Shown here: one piece after another, positions 18,812-29,424 of the stretch | Position numbering within the stretch: the stretch's first letter is position 1 | How the letters are laid out: each line of letters begins with the position of its first letter | Assembly (NCBI GenBank): GCA_045863335.1 | Contig: BTVY01000035.1 | Span: 13,279-77,278 of the forward strand | Source: Candidatus Hydrogenedentota bacterium | GTDB lineage: Bacteria > Hydrogenedentota > Hydrogenedentia > Hydrogenedentales > SLHB01 | DNA length: 64,000 nucleotides | Reading direction: 5' to 3' | Translations under genes and position numbers: made by a program | The notes under the pieces: generated by a model | What the model saw: only the letters and a program-made list of their open reading frames with translations | What the model was told of the DNA's origin: nothing | The model's database searches: none

Positions 18812-19969
18812 CTAGCGCTGCGCATACTCGGCCAGAGCCTCTTCGTAGGTGGCCGCGACCTGCGCGATCATGTCCTCGAGCGTGAAGTTTTCCGCGATCC
18901 ACGTTCGCGCGGCTGCGCCCATTTCGCGACGGCGGTCCGCATCTTCCAGCAATTCGAGTATCGCGTGCGCGATAGATTGCGGATCCCGTGGTTTGGTTAG
19001 TAGCCCAGTTTCCCCGGGCCGCAGTGTCTCGACGGAGCCGCCGATATCCGAAGCCACCACCGGCACCCCGGCGAGTTGCGCTTCGACGAGCGATGTGGGG
19101 AATCCTTCCTGCTCGACAGACGGTTGCACGAAGATATCGAAGGCGGGCAAGGCCTCGGCGATGGAATCGACGAATCCGGTGAAGATTACACGATCCTTGA
19201 GCCCAAGCCGTTCGCACTGCGCCTCGAGGTCAAGCCGGGCCGGTCCGTCGCCACAGATTGCGAGATAGGCGTTGGGACTGGTCCGGCATACTTCGGTCAT
19301 GGCATCGAGGAGATAGCAGTGCCCCTTCTCCACGGATACACGGCTGATGGTTCCGAGGACCACTGCGTCGCCGGGAATGCCGAATCGCGAACGGAATCCG
19401 GTCCCGTCACCCCCCTGGAACAACGCGGCAGAATCGATCCCGGTATGGATAACGCGTACGCGCGATTCCGTCGTAGGGCCTTTAAGAATGCGCCCCTTCA
19501 TGTGTTGCGACACCGTGATCACGCGCTCGAAATTGCGCAGGGCGAACTCCCGTTCGATCCACTGGTAAACGGTGCGGCGAATGGGAAAGGGTCCGTCCCA
19601 CCAACCATAGGCGCTGGCGACGCAGGCGCAAGGCCACGCGCCGCGGCCGATGCCGATCATCGTGTTCGAGTGAGGGTCATGGGTGTGAATGAGATCGATG
19701 TCGTACTTGCGAACCAGATCGCTCACGGCCTGCCGCGCCCGGAACCAGTTCGACCGGGATTTCCAGGGAATGCGCTCCTTCGCGAGCGTGAGGCCGCGTT
19801 TAAGCACTTGCGAAATAAACAATTCGTCGAGCCCCGAGAACGTATCGTAAGGCACGCAAATCACGTTGAACCGGTCCTTGGGCAGATGTTGCATGAGATG
19901 CAGCACGATCGTGTGGGAACCGCCAAAGGCCCAACTGCGGATCAGGAACAGGACGTTACGTTGGGTCAT
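18812..19969 (-). CDS. GT4 family glycosyltransferase
   Basis: GG at N-terminus, RVSVEKG, EGFPTSLVEAQLAGVPVVASDIGG. Confidence 0.92.
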   Translation of the reverse strand: MTQRNVLFLIRSWAFGGSHTIVLHLMQHLPKDRFNVICVPYDTFSGLDELFISQVLKRGLTLAKERIPWKSRSNWFRARQAVSDLVRKYDIDLIHTHDPHSNTMIGIGRGAWPCACVASAYGWWDGPFPIRRTVYQWIEREFALRNFERVITVSQHMKGRILKGPTTESRVRVIHTGIDSAALFQGGDGTGFRSRFGIPGDAVVLGTISRVSVEKGHCYLLDAMTEVCRTSPNAYLAICGDGPARLDLEAQCERLGLKDRVIFTGFVDSIAEALPAFDIFVQPSVEQEGFPTSLVEAQLAGVPVVASDIGGSVETLRPGETGLLTKPRDPQSIAHAILELLEDADRRREMGAAARTWIAENFTLEDMIAQVAATYEEALAEYAQR

Positions 19970-22095
19970 GGCTGAACTCCCAACGCGACGTCGACAGATA
20001 CCGATTCCCGCTCCCGAATGTGCACCGACGATTCGTGCGCAACGCCATCGGCCCCGTCGATGCGAACGAGATAGTCACCACCGTATCCGGACAAGGTGAC
20101 TTGGCCGTCGCCATTCGTCTCGCCGGTCGCGTGGTGACGCGTCCATTCGCTCAGCAGCGAAGAAAGCCGATCAAACGCGGGTTTCGGCGATCCGTCGGCG
20201 CGCAAGAGTCCCCCGGAGATGACGGACGACTTGGTGTCCAGGATGTCCCACCAGGAAATCGATTGCACCGCCGGGTGCGCGAATGCGAGCGTGAAAATCA
20301 TCTCGGCGTAGTCGGCCTGGGTGGTTTCGGTCCACGGCTCGCGCCAGTATCCCGAGGTCCAGGAGGATTCGTAGGTCGAGGGAAGCGAAAACTCGGTAAC
20401 GTGGACCGTGCGCTCGAACGCGGCATACCGCTCGATCAGGTCGTAGAACCAGGACGGCGTGGTGGCCGGCCCCTGCAATCCGCCGAAGGACTCGTTGAAG
20501 TGAAAGCCGGGGTAATACTGAAGACCGATGATATCGACCTGCTTCGTGCCGCCCACGAAGGCGGCCTCTTCAAGAAACGTGGAGTACGTGACATTCCAGT
20601 CGTTCGCCGGAGTTCCATCGGAATCGAACAGCGCGTATTTACGGCCGTAGTCGCCTTCGTGTGCGCCGTTCACGAGAGCAAGTCCGGCACCGGCGATCCG
20701 GCCGGAGGACTTGCCGAGCAACTCGTGCACCATGGGACGCGGCAAGCCAACCACATTGGTGACATTCGGCTCGTTCATGGCTTCCCAAACCGCGATGTCG
20801 CCGCCGAGGGTTTCGATTAACGAAGACTCGTGCGCGAGCATGGCGCCGGTCAAATCAGCATGCGACAGGGAGCGCGCCCGGTCCGGCAGGATGCCGTAAT
20901 TTTGCAGCCAGACAACGCCGTGAGCCTTCACCGCGTAACCAAGTTTCCCAAGCGCCGCGACGCCAAAGGTTTGTTCGATGGCGTCGCGCGGCGCGCCGTC
21001 GGTCCAGCCCCAACCGAGCAGCACCGTGGCAAGATTGAAGCCCGCCTCGCGCGCTTTGGCGAAGGCCTTGGAGTTGTAAGGACTCCCCTCGAACACACCG
21101 AAAAGAAAATCGCTGCTCTGCTGTTCAATCGTTACCGCGGTGCCGGCCACCGGCTTGCCTTGCGCGTCCGTGACACGGATCGTAGCCTCACCCATCCGGA
21201 CCGATGGGATGGACTCGCGCGCCGATTCGACAAGATACGTATCGCGAAAACGTAGGGCATCGGCGAGAATGGCGTCCGCGGCGGCTGCGCGTTCGGCGGC
21301 GGAACCGGCGGACTCCGCATCCTTGAGTTGTGAACGCAATTGCTCTGCGTCAGGGCTGCCCGACTCGGCCAACTGGTGAACCGCCGTGCGCGCCAGCTCG
21401 ACGTTCAATTCAAGCACGCACGCGTCCCCCGCCTCTGCGATGGCAAATCCGGCGCCGCCGTTGTCCGCGCGGAGCAAGAAACGTCCGTAGTCGGAAACAT
21501 CCCAGAAGAGCACCTGGGGCACATACCCAGATCCCGGTTTCACGACGAGCGCGGGGATGCCGAGGTCGCGAGGCTGGCCCTGGGCGCGGGCCTCCTCATC
21601 GAAGACGGGCCACGACACGGCGGGGAGGGCCTGGTCGTCCAATGTAGTGAGATACATGAACTGATCGCCGAAGGTACCCTGCGCGCGAAAATCCTTCCAG
21701 CGCATCAGCTCGCCCTTCCCATTGTAGGCGTTGAGCACAATGCATCCCACGGAAGGAAGTTGGAGGTCAAGGTTTTTCTCGCCCGTGTACCGGATGAGGC
21801 GCGGCTGGACCGCATAGATTCCGAGTCCCTGGGCATTCTCCTGAGGGGGTGGTTGAAACACGAGATAGCCGTCACTGACAGGTTGCGCGAGTTCGATGGA
21901 GTACCTGCCGTTCGCGTCGGACGAAGCCTGTCCGGCCACGTCAAAGGTACTCGTAAGGAGGGCGACGTATGCGAAGCGAATCGGCTCGCCCGTCCCTTCA
22001 ACACGGAGCGTGCCGCCGACGCTCGGTGGAGGCTGAGCGGTTGCCAGTCCCCAGAGGGTGAGGACCGCCGCGACTGCGACACGTCGCGCCATCAC
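19966..22095 (-). CDS. Secreted GH10-like (clan GH-A) glycoside hydrolase with N-terminal carboxypeptidase-regulatory-like domain
   Basis: KAHGVVW, WEAMNEP (acid/base), DIIGLQ, VHVTEF (nucleophile), GLLRADGSPKPAF. Confidence 0.78.
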   Translation of the reverse strand: MMARRVAVAAVLTLWGLATAQPPPSVGGTLRVEGTGEPIRFAYVALLTSTFDVAGQASSDANGRYSIELAQPVSDGYLVFQPPPQENAQGLGIYAVQPRLIRYTGEKNLDLQLPSVGCIVLNAYNGKGELMRWKDFRAQGTFGDQFMYLTTLDDQALPAVSWPVFDEEARAQGQPRDLGIPALVVKPGSGYVPQVLFWDVSDYGRFLLRADNGGAGFAIAEAGDACVLELNVELARTAVHQLAESGSPDAEQLRSQLKDAESAGSAAERAAAADAILADALRFRDTYLVESARESIPSVRMGEATIRVTDAQGKPVAGTAVTIEQQSSDFLFGVFEGSPYNSKAFAKAREAGFNLATVLLGWGWTDGAPRDAIEQTFGVAALGKLGYAVKAHGVVWLQNYGILPDRARSLSHADLTGAMLAHESSLIETLGGDIAVWEAMNEPNVTNVVGLPRPMVHELLGKSSGRIAGAGLALVNGAHEGDYGRKYALFDSDGTPANDWNVTYSTFLEEAAFVGGTKQVDIIGLQYYPGFHFNESFGGLQGPATTPSWFYDLIERYAAFERTVHVTEFSLPSTYESSWTSGYWREPWTETTQADYAEMIFTLAFAHPAVQSISWWDILDTKSSVISGGLLRADGSPKPAFDRLSSLLSEWTRHHATGETNGDGQVTLSGYGGDYLVRIDGADGVAHESSVHIRERESVSVDVALGVQP

Positions 22096-23621
22096 GGAGA
22101 AGGGGTTGCGGCAACGCCGTTGGTTCCGTTGACCCCGTTCTTACCAGTTGCCGCCATACGCGCCGCGCAGAAATAGGATGCAACGGCAACGGCGAATACC
22201 ATCCACCAAACCTTCTGCTGCAGTGCATGGAGGAACACGGCGCAGAGGAGAAAGGCCAATACGCTGACGGACACGGCGCCCGCAAGTGTCGCCATCTGCC
22301 CTTCACCGAGGAGCCGGAACTTGCGTTCGGCACGAAGCGCATGCAAAAGCGCCATCAGGAAAAACAACAGCATAAGGATCAATCCCACGGTGCCGCTTTC
22401 CGAACCAAGTTGCAGGTACATATTGTGCGGTCCGTAGTACAAGGGATTGAAGCCCAGTTCGTCGTTCATCCAACGCAACATGGCGGCGTACGGCGAATTC
22501 TCCTCATAGAAATGCAAACCAAACCCGCCCAGCCCTACGCCCACAACCGGGAAGTCCTGCATGTACTCCCACGCATAGGCCTGCAAATCGACGCGGGCCG
22601 CAGTCGACTCGCTTTCGGAGTAGCTCGAGAAATCGAGGACGCGCTCCTTGTACGCGGTGGGCACGAAGAACCAGGCAACGACAAGCGCCGCGGCCAACGC
22701 GGATATCCGGTACGGATTGAGGCGAACAAGACTCCGCGCCACGAGGATGAGTGCGACCACGAATCCGACGACCAGGCTGACGCGGGTAAACGTCAACACC
22801 AGCGCGGCCAGTTCGACACCGACGGCCGCCAGGACAAGCAGCTTCCCGCGCCGGCTTTTCATGGTGGTAGACCAGTAGACGTTGAGCGGCAGCAACAAGA
22901 GCAGCATGAACGCAAGCCAGTTGGAGTGTCCGGTACCGCCCGTGACGCGGACCGCCGCTCCGGTCACCGTGCCCTCCGGATCGATGAAGGCCATGTCCGC
23001 GCCGCCGGCGATGCTCTCGATACCGGCGACGCCAGCGAGCTGAAATCGCGGAATAAAGTATTGCGCGATCGCGTATAGCGACATGGCAAAGGCGCAACTC
23101 AACACAACGACCACGAATCGATGCAGCTTCTGCGGCGTATCCAGAAGATGGATCGCGAGGATGAAATAGATGACGACCGAAATCAGGCGATTCCACTCGG
23201 GCAGTTGAACCCGCCACGTCAAGGAGAAGGCGATGCCCACGAGCGCCCAGCCCGCGAACGCCAGCGGCAGAAATACCTCGCGCCCGAACCGGAACCGCTT
23301 CTCCGTGGTGAGAACGTTCAGAACCCACGCCGCGATGGTGGCCGCGCCGCAGGCCTTGGCCGCGGTGCTGGGAACACCATAGGGAACGATTCCCAGTCCG
23401 CCCAGCATGCCGGAGAGGAGCAGCAACGCGGTAGTCAGATAAAGCCCGAGCACCGGCCTCTTCACGAAGAAAAAGACAAGGACGAGACCGATAACGGCGA
23501 CGACGGCTTTCTCTTCCACAGCCAGGATGGCGATGGCCACGGCGAGTCCAAAAACGACGACAAGCGCGAGACTGATGGCGTTGATTCCGCCACGGGATGA
23601 ACTGCTGGTAATCGCGGCCAT
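22092..23621 (-). CDS. Wzy polymerase / O-antigen ligase family membrane protein
   Basis: ~12 hydrophobic segments; GHSNWLA, TFTR, PVVGVGLGGF, PHNMYLQLGSESG. Confidence 0.88.
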   Translation of the reverse strand: MAAITSSSSRGGINAISLALVVVFGLAVAIAILAVEEKAVVAVIGLVLVFFFVKRPVLGLYLTTALLLLSGMLGGLGIVPYGVPSTAAKACGAATIAAWVLNVLTTEKRFRFGREVFLPLAFAGWALVGIAFSLTWRVQLPEWNRLISVVIYFILAIHLLDTPQKLHRFVVVVLSCAFAMSLYAIAQYFIPRFQLAGVAGIESIAGGADMAFIDPEGTVTGAAVRVTGGTGHSNWLAFMLLLLLPLNVYWSTTMKSRRGKLLVLAAVGVELAALVLTFTRVSLVVGFVVALILVARSLVRLNPYRISALAAALVVAWFFVPTAYKERVLDFSSYSESESTAARVDLQAYAWEYMQDFPVVGVGLGGFGLHFYEENSPYAAMLRWMNDELGFNPLYYGPHNMYLQLGSESGTVGLILMLLFFLMALLHALRAERKFRLLGEGQMATLAGAVSVSVLAFLLCAVFLHALQQKVWWMVFAVAVASYFCAARMAATGKNGVNGTNGVAATPSP

Positions 23622-23740
23622 AGAACTTCCGCCTCCTGACCTTCACGCCTACTAGACTGAATCGAGTGCAATCGATCCCACATTATATATAGCGGATTCG
23701 CGGACAAAAGTCTATGGAAGCGAGGGCGCTGGTTAAATTC

Positions 23741-23770
23741 ACACGGACGTTCACGGACACACACGGACGA
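23741..23770. repeat. Three 10-bp tandem units with CACGGAC core
   Basis: ACACGGACGT TCACGGACAC ACACGGACGA. Confidence 0.6.
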
Positions 23771-23799
23771 AAAAGGTGGCCGAATCCCACCGTCTTTTG

Positions 23800-23872
23800 G
23801 TGGTGCAGGCTTCCGGCCTGCATCCCCAAAGTAACGCGTCCAAGAACCGCGCAGGCTGGAAGCCCGCACCAC
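23800..23872. repeat. REP/REPIN-like inverted doublet
   Basis: GTGGTGCAGGCTTCCGGCCTGCA (23800-23822) and inverted GCAGGCTGGAAGCCCGCACCAC (23851-23872); each is an imperfect palindrome with a GTGG foot. Confidence 0.75.
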
Positions 23873-23906
23873 AAGGCCAGTCCCATCTCACGTTCCAGGT
23901 ACCATC

Positions 23907-25223
23907 TCAGTGATCGTGCTCAAAGCGATCCTGCCGAGTCGCGTAGAGTGCCACGGCGTATGTGATAACGCCAATGACCCCTTTCGTGGCCGCAACGGCC
24001 CACGCCATACCGAACAGTCCGTAGGTGTCGATGAAGACGAGACCGCCCAGAACGATCGCGATGAGCTTCAAACCTTCGAGGAGCGCAATGAGCGAAGTGC
24101 GGCCCATCCCATAGAGCGCGGCGCCTGCAGGCGCGCAACCGAGCGCGAAGGCGGATCCCAGCACGAGAACGGCGAAAAGACCGCCCGCGCGGATGTATTC
24201 GGGGCCGAAGGCGAGGACAGCGATCCACCGGGAAACGAGGAGAAATGGAAGGAGCGCAACAAACATCAGAAGTGCCGGAACGCGAAATTGGTGGAGGAAG
24301 GCGCGCAACTCTTCCGAGCTTTTCAAGGTGCTCGCCTTGGGCAGGAGCACGTTAAACAGCGTAAGGATGACCAGGTCGCCGATAAGGGTCAGTTGAAGCG
24401 CGGCGCCATAGTCGCCGATGGATTCCGAGGGGAGTTGAAATCCCGTAAGCAAGAAGATGTCCGCGCGTTGCGCCAGGCTGGTGAACGCGCAGGCAAGCAG
24501 GACCCACTTGGCGAAACCAGCGATCTCACGCAGAACCGAGTGGCCGCTTTCGCCGCGCGCGAACAAGCCTTTGGGTACACCGCGCCAGGCGATGAGTGCC
24601 GCGACCGTCGGCGCGGCTACGTAGGCCCCCAGCACGGGCATCACGCGATGAACGCCAGCCCCGAGCAACGTCGCAACGAGAAACAATCGAACCAGGGAAC
24701 AGACGAGTTCGACGGCAGCGTAGCGCGCGAATTGTTGGCGGGCCTGCAGGGAGGCTTGCGCGAAGGCCCAGAGCACGGTGGATGCCGCGCCGGCGAAGGC
24801 CAGAATAACGGCCGCCGGCCCCACCTGGATCCCCGCTGCGGGATCGCTTAGGAGCCGGTCTAAAGGCCATGCCAACGCGCATCCAAGAACCAGTAGCGCC
24901 CCCGCCAGGATCAGTTTCAAGCGGAAGACTGTTCGGACGTAGTCGAAACTGCGGTTGGTCGAATCGCCTGAATGGCGCGCGGCAAATCGAACAAGCGTGG
25001 TATCCAGCGCGGGACCCACCAACTCCGCCGCGACTTTCATGATCGACAGCAGGACGATGAGTTCGCCGTAGGCTCCCCGGCCCAGCATGCGGGCCGCAAG
25101 GATCACCGTCACGAATGTCGCACCGGTAGAGAGGATTCGGGCGAAGAAAACGGAACCGAAGGCGCCCGCCCAGTCTTCGGCGGGCGGCGAGACAGGTCCG
25201 CCTCCCCCGCCTTCGGCGCTCAC
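23907..25223 (-). CDS. Wzx oligosaccharide flippase
   Basis: ARMLG..AYG, ~12 TM segments, RADIFLL, IGDYGAA, LLPKAS. Confidence 0.88.
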   Translation of the reverse strand: MSAEGGGGGPVSPPAEDWAGAFGSVFFARILSTGATFVTVILAARMLGRGAYGELIVLLSIMKVAAELVGPALDTTLVRFAARHSGDSTNRSFDYVRTVFRLKLILAGALLVLGCALAWPLDRLLSDPAAGIQVGPAAVILAFAGAASTVLWAFAQASLQARQQFARYAAVELVCSLVRLFLVATLLGAGVHRVMPVLGAYVAAPTVAALIAWRGVPKGLFARGESGHSVLREIAGFAKWVLLACAFTSLAQRADIFLLTGFQLPSESIGDYGAALQLTLIGDLVILTLFNVLLPKASTLKSSEELRAFLHQFRVPALLMFVALLPFLLVSRWIAVLAFGPEYIRAGGLFAVLVLGSAFALGCAPAGAALYGMGRTSLIALLEGLKLIAIVLGGLVFIDTYGLFGMAWAVAATKGVIGVITYAVALYATRQDRFEHDH

Positions 25224-26644
25224 GCCGCGCCCTTGGCTTGCAGGACGACCTGGAAGGTGCGGAAGAGGATGCGGATGTCTTCCATGAGGGACCAGTTGTC
25301 GATGTAGGCGAGATCAAGCTCCACCCAATCGCTGAAGTCCACGTCGCTGCGGCCGCTCACTTGTTGAAGTCCGGTGATTCCCGGCCGCACGCTGAGCCGG
25401 CGCCTCTGGTCCCACGTGTACTTCTCCACTTCCGCGGGCACGGGCGGGCGCGGCCCGACCAGGCTCATGTCGCCGAGAAACACGTTGATGATCTGGGGCA
25501 TCTCATCGATACTGAACTTGCGAATCCAACGTCCCACGCGGGTCATGCGAGGGTCGCGCCGAATTTTGAATACAGGGCCGTCGGCCTCGTTCATCGCGGC
25601 GAGTTTCGCTTTAAGTTCTTCGGCGTTGACCACCATGGACCGGAACTTGATGCATTTGAACCGGCGCTGGTTCAAGCCGACGCGATCTTGCAGGAAGAAC
25701 ACGGGGCCCTTGGAATCGAGTTTGATGATGAGGGCGATGAAGGGAAACAACCACCACGCAATGGTGATGAGGAAGACTCCAGAAACAATCATGTCGATGG
25801 CCCGTTTCAACGCAAGCTGCGCGAAGGCCTCGGGAATCGTGGACAAGGACAGCACCGGAATGTCTTCCAACTGGTGGATCTGACGTGTCGCCACCCGAAG
25901 CGGAATCAGATCGGCTATCATGCGGACGGATACGCCGACCCCTTCGCACAGATGCGCCACGCTCGTGATTTCCGAGTAGAACTTGCGCACGGGCAGGCAA
26001 ATGTAGACTTCATCCACAACCTGCTTGAGGAGCACATTCTCGAGTTCCCGCACCGGTCCCAGATACGGGATGTTGTGTTTCTCCAGATGGGCCGCCCGCT
26101 CCGGTTCATCGTCCAGAAGCCCCGCGAGGTGATACCCGTACTGGGAGTGGTTCTCCATCACGTCAACCAAATGTTCGGCGCGCGGATTACCGCCGATGAT
26201 GAGGATCTGGCGAAAGTTGTATCCGCGGCGACGAATACTCCACAGGAAAAAGCGCAGGGATACGCGCACCACCAGAATGATGGACGCGGCGGATACGGCA
26301 AAGTAGATGAGAAATGCCCGGTCGACGCCCTGGCGGCTGATGAACATCATGAGCACCGTCGTCACAGCGAGCGACACGACCAGTGCCTTGACGATGCTGA
26401 GAATCTGGACGCCCAGTCCATCGCTGCGATGAGACGCGAACAGCCGCTGATCGCCGGCCGCGAGATACCACACGATGATGAATGCCAGGAAATACAGTCT
26501 ATGCCCCGAGAACGCGTCCCAAAGTGATCGGGTCCCGTCGGCGGGTAACGTAAAATGGGAAGCGACGGTGCCCGCGGCAAGCACGCACAGGCCGTCAACG
26601 ACGACCATCACGAAGGTCAAGTAACTAGCGTTTTTCTTCAGCAT
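25220..26644 (-). CDS. Priming polyprenyl-phosphate glycosylphosphotransferase (WcaJ/WbaP-like)
   Basis: KRAIDM, IKLDSKGPVFFLQ.RVG, KFRSM, DPRMT.VG..IRK.SIDE.PQ, GDMSLVGPRP, RPGITGL.QVSGR. Confidence 0.95.
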   Translation of the reverse strand: MLKKNASYLTFVMVVVDGLCVLAAGTVASHFTLPADGTRSLWDAFSGHRLYFLAFIIVWYLAAGDQRLFASHRSDGLGVQILSIVKALVVSLAVTTVLMMFISRQGVDRAFLIYFAVSAASIILVVRVSLRFFLWSIRRRGYNFRQILIIGGNPRAEHLVDVMENHSQYGYHLAGLLDDEPERAAHLEKHNIPYLGPVRELENVLLKQVVDEVYICLPVRKFYSEITSVAHLCEGVGVSVRMIADLIPLRVATRQIHQLEDIPVLSLSTIPEAFAQLALKRAIDMIVSGVFLITIAWWLFPFIALIIKLDSKGPVFFLQDRVGLNQRRFKCIKFRSMVVNAEELKAKLAAMNEADGPVFKIRRDPRMTRVGRWIRKFSIDEMPQIINVFLGDMSLVGPRPPVPAEVEKYTWDQRRRLSVRPGITGLQQVSGRSDVDFSDWVELDLAYIDNWSLMEDIRILFRTFQVVLQAKGAA

Positions 26645-26910
26645 CCGTATAAACCACCCGCAGGGGACAAGCGCCCAGCGGTGCGGGTTGCAGTGTTAGG
26701 TCGGCAATCGGCGAGGCCCGCGTCTGCGGCACCGATGGCTGCGCGATTGGGGCGGAGAAACACGATTGAAACGTTCCGGCTTCCGGGCGACAGTATCCCG
26801 GCAATCCATCGAGCTTCCGGCGGCTTCGGCGGACCCATCCACCAGCCACGCTGGAGAGTATCCCATCCCGCGCAGTCAGTCAAGAAATCGGCGATCCGCA
26901 CCGAGGTTTC

Positions 26911-29424
26911 TCACAGCTCGCGCCATTGAAGAACGGTCAGCGAATGACGCGGCAGTTCCAGGTTGGCGAGAGTGTCCAACGCATCTCGCGATAGTGGTTC
27001 AATACGGACCTGCTCCGAATCTTCGTTGTCGTCGCTCAAAGTCGATGGGGCAATCCGATGGCCTTCGAATTCGCTCGCACTTTCGGGAAGCTGCAGGCTT
27101 ACCTCGATCGCGTTTTCCAGGTCCAGGTTGAACAGGACGACACCGCCGGCCTCTCCGTCGCGGAACGCAAAGGACTGAACCAGCGGGACCGGGGTCTCCT
27201 CTTCGACCCCGTTGATCGGCCGCTGCACGCGCACGGGTATCCCGCCTTGGCGGGTCTCGAGGAGGTCTCCCCCCACCACTCGATTGACCAGTTCCAGTCC
27301 CAGCCAGGTGGGGCGCTTACGGCCCGTCGCCGCAATATCGCGCAACAACCCCCAAAGACGAACGTAGTTCTTGCCGCCCATGTCGAACGAGTATTGGAGT
27401 GTCGTGAACGCACATTGATCGCGCGCGGCAAAATCCCGCAAGTACACCAGCATGTACAGTGGCAGCGCGAGAGCCCCATCCGCGCCGGACACAAAATCGT
27501 TGCGCACGTCAGAAGGGATATCGCCTCCAGTCGTATGGAAATTGATTTCGTATATGGCCATCGCGGTGTCGCGGCCACCGGCACGCAAGTAGCCCATGGA
27601 CTCTTTCAACTTGCCCGGAGACAAGGGCCGGGCGAAAAGCGGCCCGTAGCGATCGATCGCGGAACCGTATTCACCCAGTTCCCCAAAGTAGGGTGCCAAG
27701 GCCACGGAATGGTGCGCGTTGCTGGTGCGCTGAATCTCCTGCTGCCGGCCGGGAAAGTAGTATTGGCCGCCGATAATAAGGTCGAATGTACCATGCGCGA
27801 AGTCCGGACTCTTCTGCATCGCCGCAAAGCGGTCCCCTGCGATGGTTCCCAACCGATCACCGCCCAACGCCGACGCGCCGAAAAAGGGATCGCCCCCCGA
27901 AGCGGCCCCCCACATTTCGTTGCCGAACTCGAGATGGATCTCGTTGAAGACCTCCCCCCACGGCTCTTCCTGTCCAAGGGCGCGGCGCCGATCCGCATAA
28001 GGATGGGCGCCATCGGCGGGCGCAGCGAGATACTCGATGAGTCCCAGGCAATCCTCCTCCGAAAAGGTCGGTGGGATCACATACCACGGCTCCGCATCGA
28101 CGAGCGCACACAATTCAAGAAACTCGTGCAGAGAAAAACAAAAGGTATTCGGCGCCCGGAACCGCGGACTGAACCCGACCTCCTTGCGCGCCCAGGGTTC
28201 GGCGAGTTGGTTGTCCAGCGTATCGCCAAGTTGTGTACTCCAGTTACGAAGGACGCCTGGACGCAATTCTTTGTAAGCATCCACCAGGGCATCTGCGAAT
28301 ACCGTAGGGTTCGTGCCATCAGTCCGATGCAGCGACGCGTCGTCAACCCACGCGCCGCCCTCTTCCACGGCGATCCCCAGCGTGAGAATCGGATGCGAAG
28401 CCCTCTCGGGATAGGGGCCGGACGTGTCTTGCCCCGCGGCGTCGAAGGAAAACGTGTACTCCTTCCACTCCGTACTCAGCGGAACGGCTTCGTCAATGAA
28501 GACGGCTTCCCCATCCCGCTGGAAACGCACGCGAAGCCTGCTGCCGCTCGCCTCGCCCTTTGCCCAGAAGGAGAGCCTCCAGGGCCCCTCGATAAGCAAA
28601 AGCTTGCCCGCACTCGTATCGCCGTCGCGCCAGTAACTATCCAGGTAAAGGTGCCAGCGGCCGGAGGAATCGAGACGCAACGACTGCGTACCCGGACTCC
28701 CGGGCCGCACCTCGCCCACGTCCACCGTCGACGTATTCATGAACGAGCCGGTAGCGACGCCGGGCAATTCCTGGCGCACAATGAATGCGTCGTACTCCTG
28801 CGGCGCGGTACCCGATTCTTCGAGGTAGAAGACGTTCTTGCCCTCTTCGTGGGTGAATCGTTTCACGGTGCCGGACCGTCCCTTCGCGGGGCCGAAGACA
28901 ATCTCGTAGTCCGCGCGGTTCCAAAAGCCTTCGGGCTGCCCGATGCCATACTCCTCGTGATTCCACGCGACATCCCAGAATGCTTGCGGCAGCCGGTCTC
29001 CGGTCGCGCCTTTTTCCACGTGCAGCATGCTGCCGTACAGTCCCGGCTCAAAACCGGGGTTCGGGATGATGTTCTTGATGATCTGCGCGGCGCCGTACTG
29101 CGTGCGGCCGCCGAGATTGATCCCGAAGCGTTTGACGCCCGGGACGAGCACCTTATCCGTCACGATTACCGTTGGCGGACCGTCGCCGGGCGTGATTGTG
29201 GCCGATTCCTGAGCCGCGGCTTCACGTCGCGGCTCGGGTGCATCGGATACCGGTGATTCGGCGGCCAGCGGGGTGGGCTGAACCAAAGGTGCTTCGACTG
29301 CGGCAACGAGCGCGTCTTTCGCCGGTGAATCGCCGCGGCCGTAGATCAACGCGAATCCGCCTGCAAGTACAAGGGAACCCGCGAAACAGATAACGACGAC
29401 CATTCGTTCTGTGGTCATATTCAA
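26911..29424 (-). CDS. Membrane-anchored GH51-like / clan GH-A protein with CBM4-like module
   Basis: N-terminal TM; NPGFE..WAK..WVDD lectin-like segment; LRPGVLR, LHEFLELC..VDAEPW, LEFGNEMW, IYEIN; C-terminal LPRHSLTVL beta-sandwich. Confidence 0.65.
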   Translation of the reverse strand: MNMTTERMVVVICFAGSLVLAGGFALIYGRGDSPAKDALVAAVEAPLVQPTPLAAESPVSDAPEPRREAAAQESATITPGDGPPTVIVTDKVLVPGVKRFGINLGGRTQYGAAQIIKNIIPNPGFEPGLYGSMLHVEKGATGDRLPQAFWDVAWNHEEYGIGQPEGFWNRADYEIVFGPAKGRSGTVKRFTHEEGKNVFYLEESGTAPQEYDAFIVRQELPGVATGSFMNTSTVDVGEVRPGSPGTQSLRLDSSGRWHLYLDSYWRDGDTSAGKLLLIEGPWRLSFWAKGEASGSRLRVRFQRDGEAVFIDEAVPLSTEWKEYTFSFDAAGQDTSGPYPERASHPILTLGIAVEEGGAWVDDASLHRTDGTNPTVFADALVDAYKELRPGVLRNWSTQLGDTLDNQLAEPWARKEVGFSPRFRAPNTFCFSLHEFLELCALVDAEPWYVIPPTFSEEDCLGLIEYLAAPADGAHPYADRRRALGQEEPWGEVFNEIHLEFGNEMWGAASGGDPFFGASALGGDRLGTIAGDRFAAMQKSPDFAHGTFDLIIGGQYYFPGRQQEIQRTSNAHHSVALAPYFGELGEYGSAIDRYGPLFARPLSPGKLKESMGYLRAGGRDTAMAIYEINFHTTGGDIPSDVRNDFVSGADGALALPLYMLVYLRDFAARDQCAFTTLQYSFDMGGKNYVRLWGLLRDIAATGRKRPTWLGLELVNRVVGGDLLETRQGGIPVRVQRPINGVEEETPVPLVQSFAFRDGEAGGVVLFNLDLENAIEVSLQLPESASEFEGHRIAPSTLSDDNEDSEQVRIEPLSRDALDTLANLELPRHSLTVLQWREL

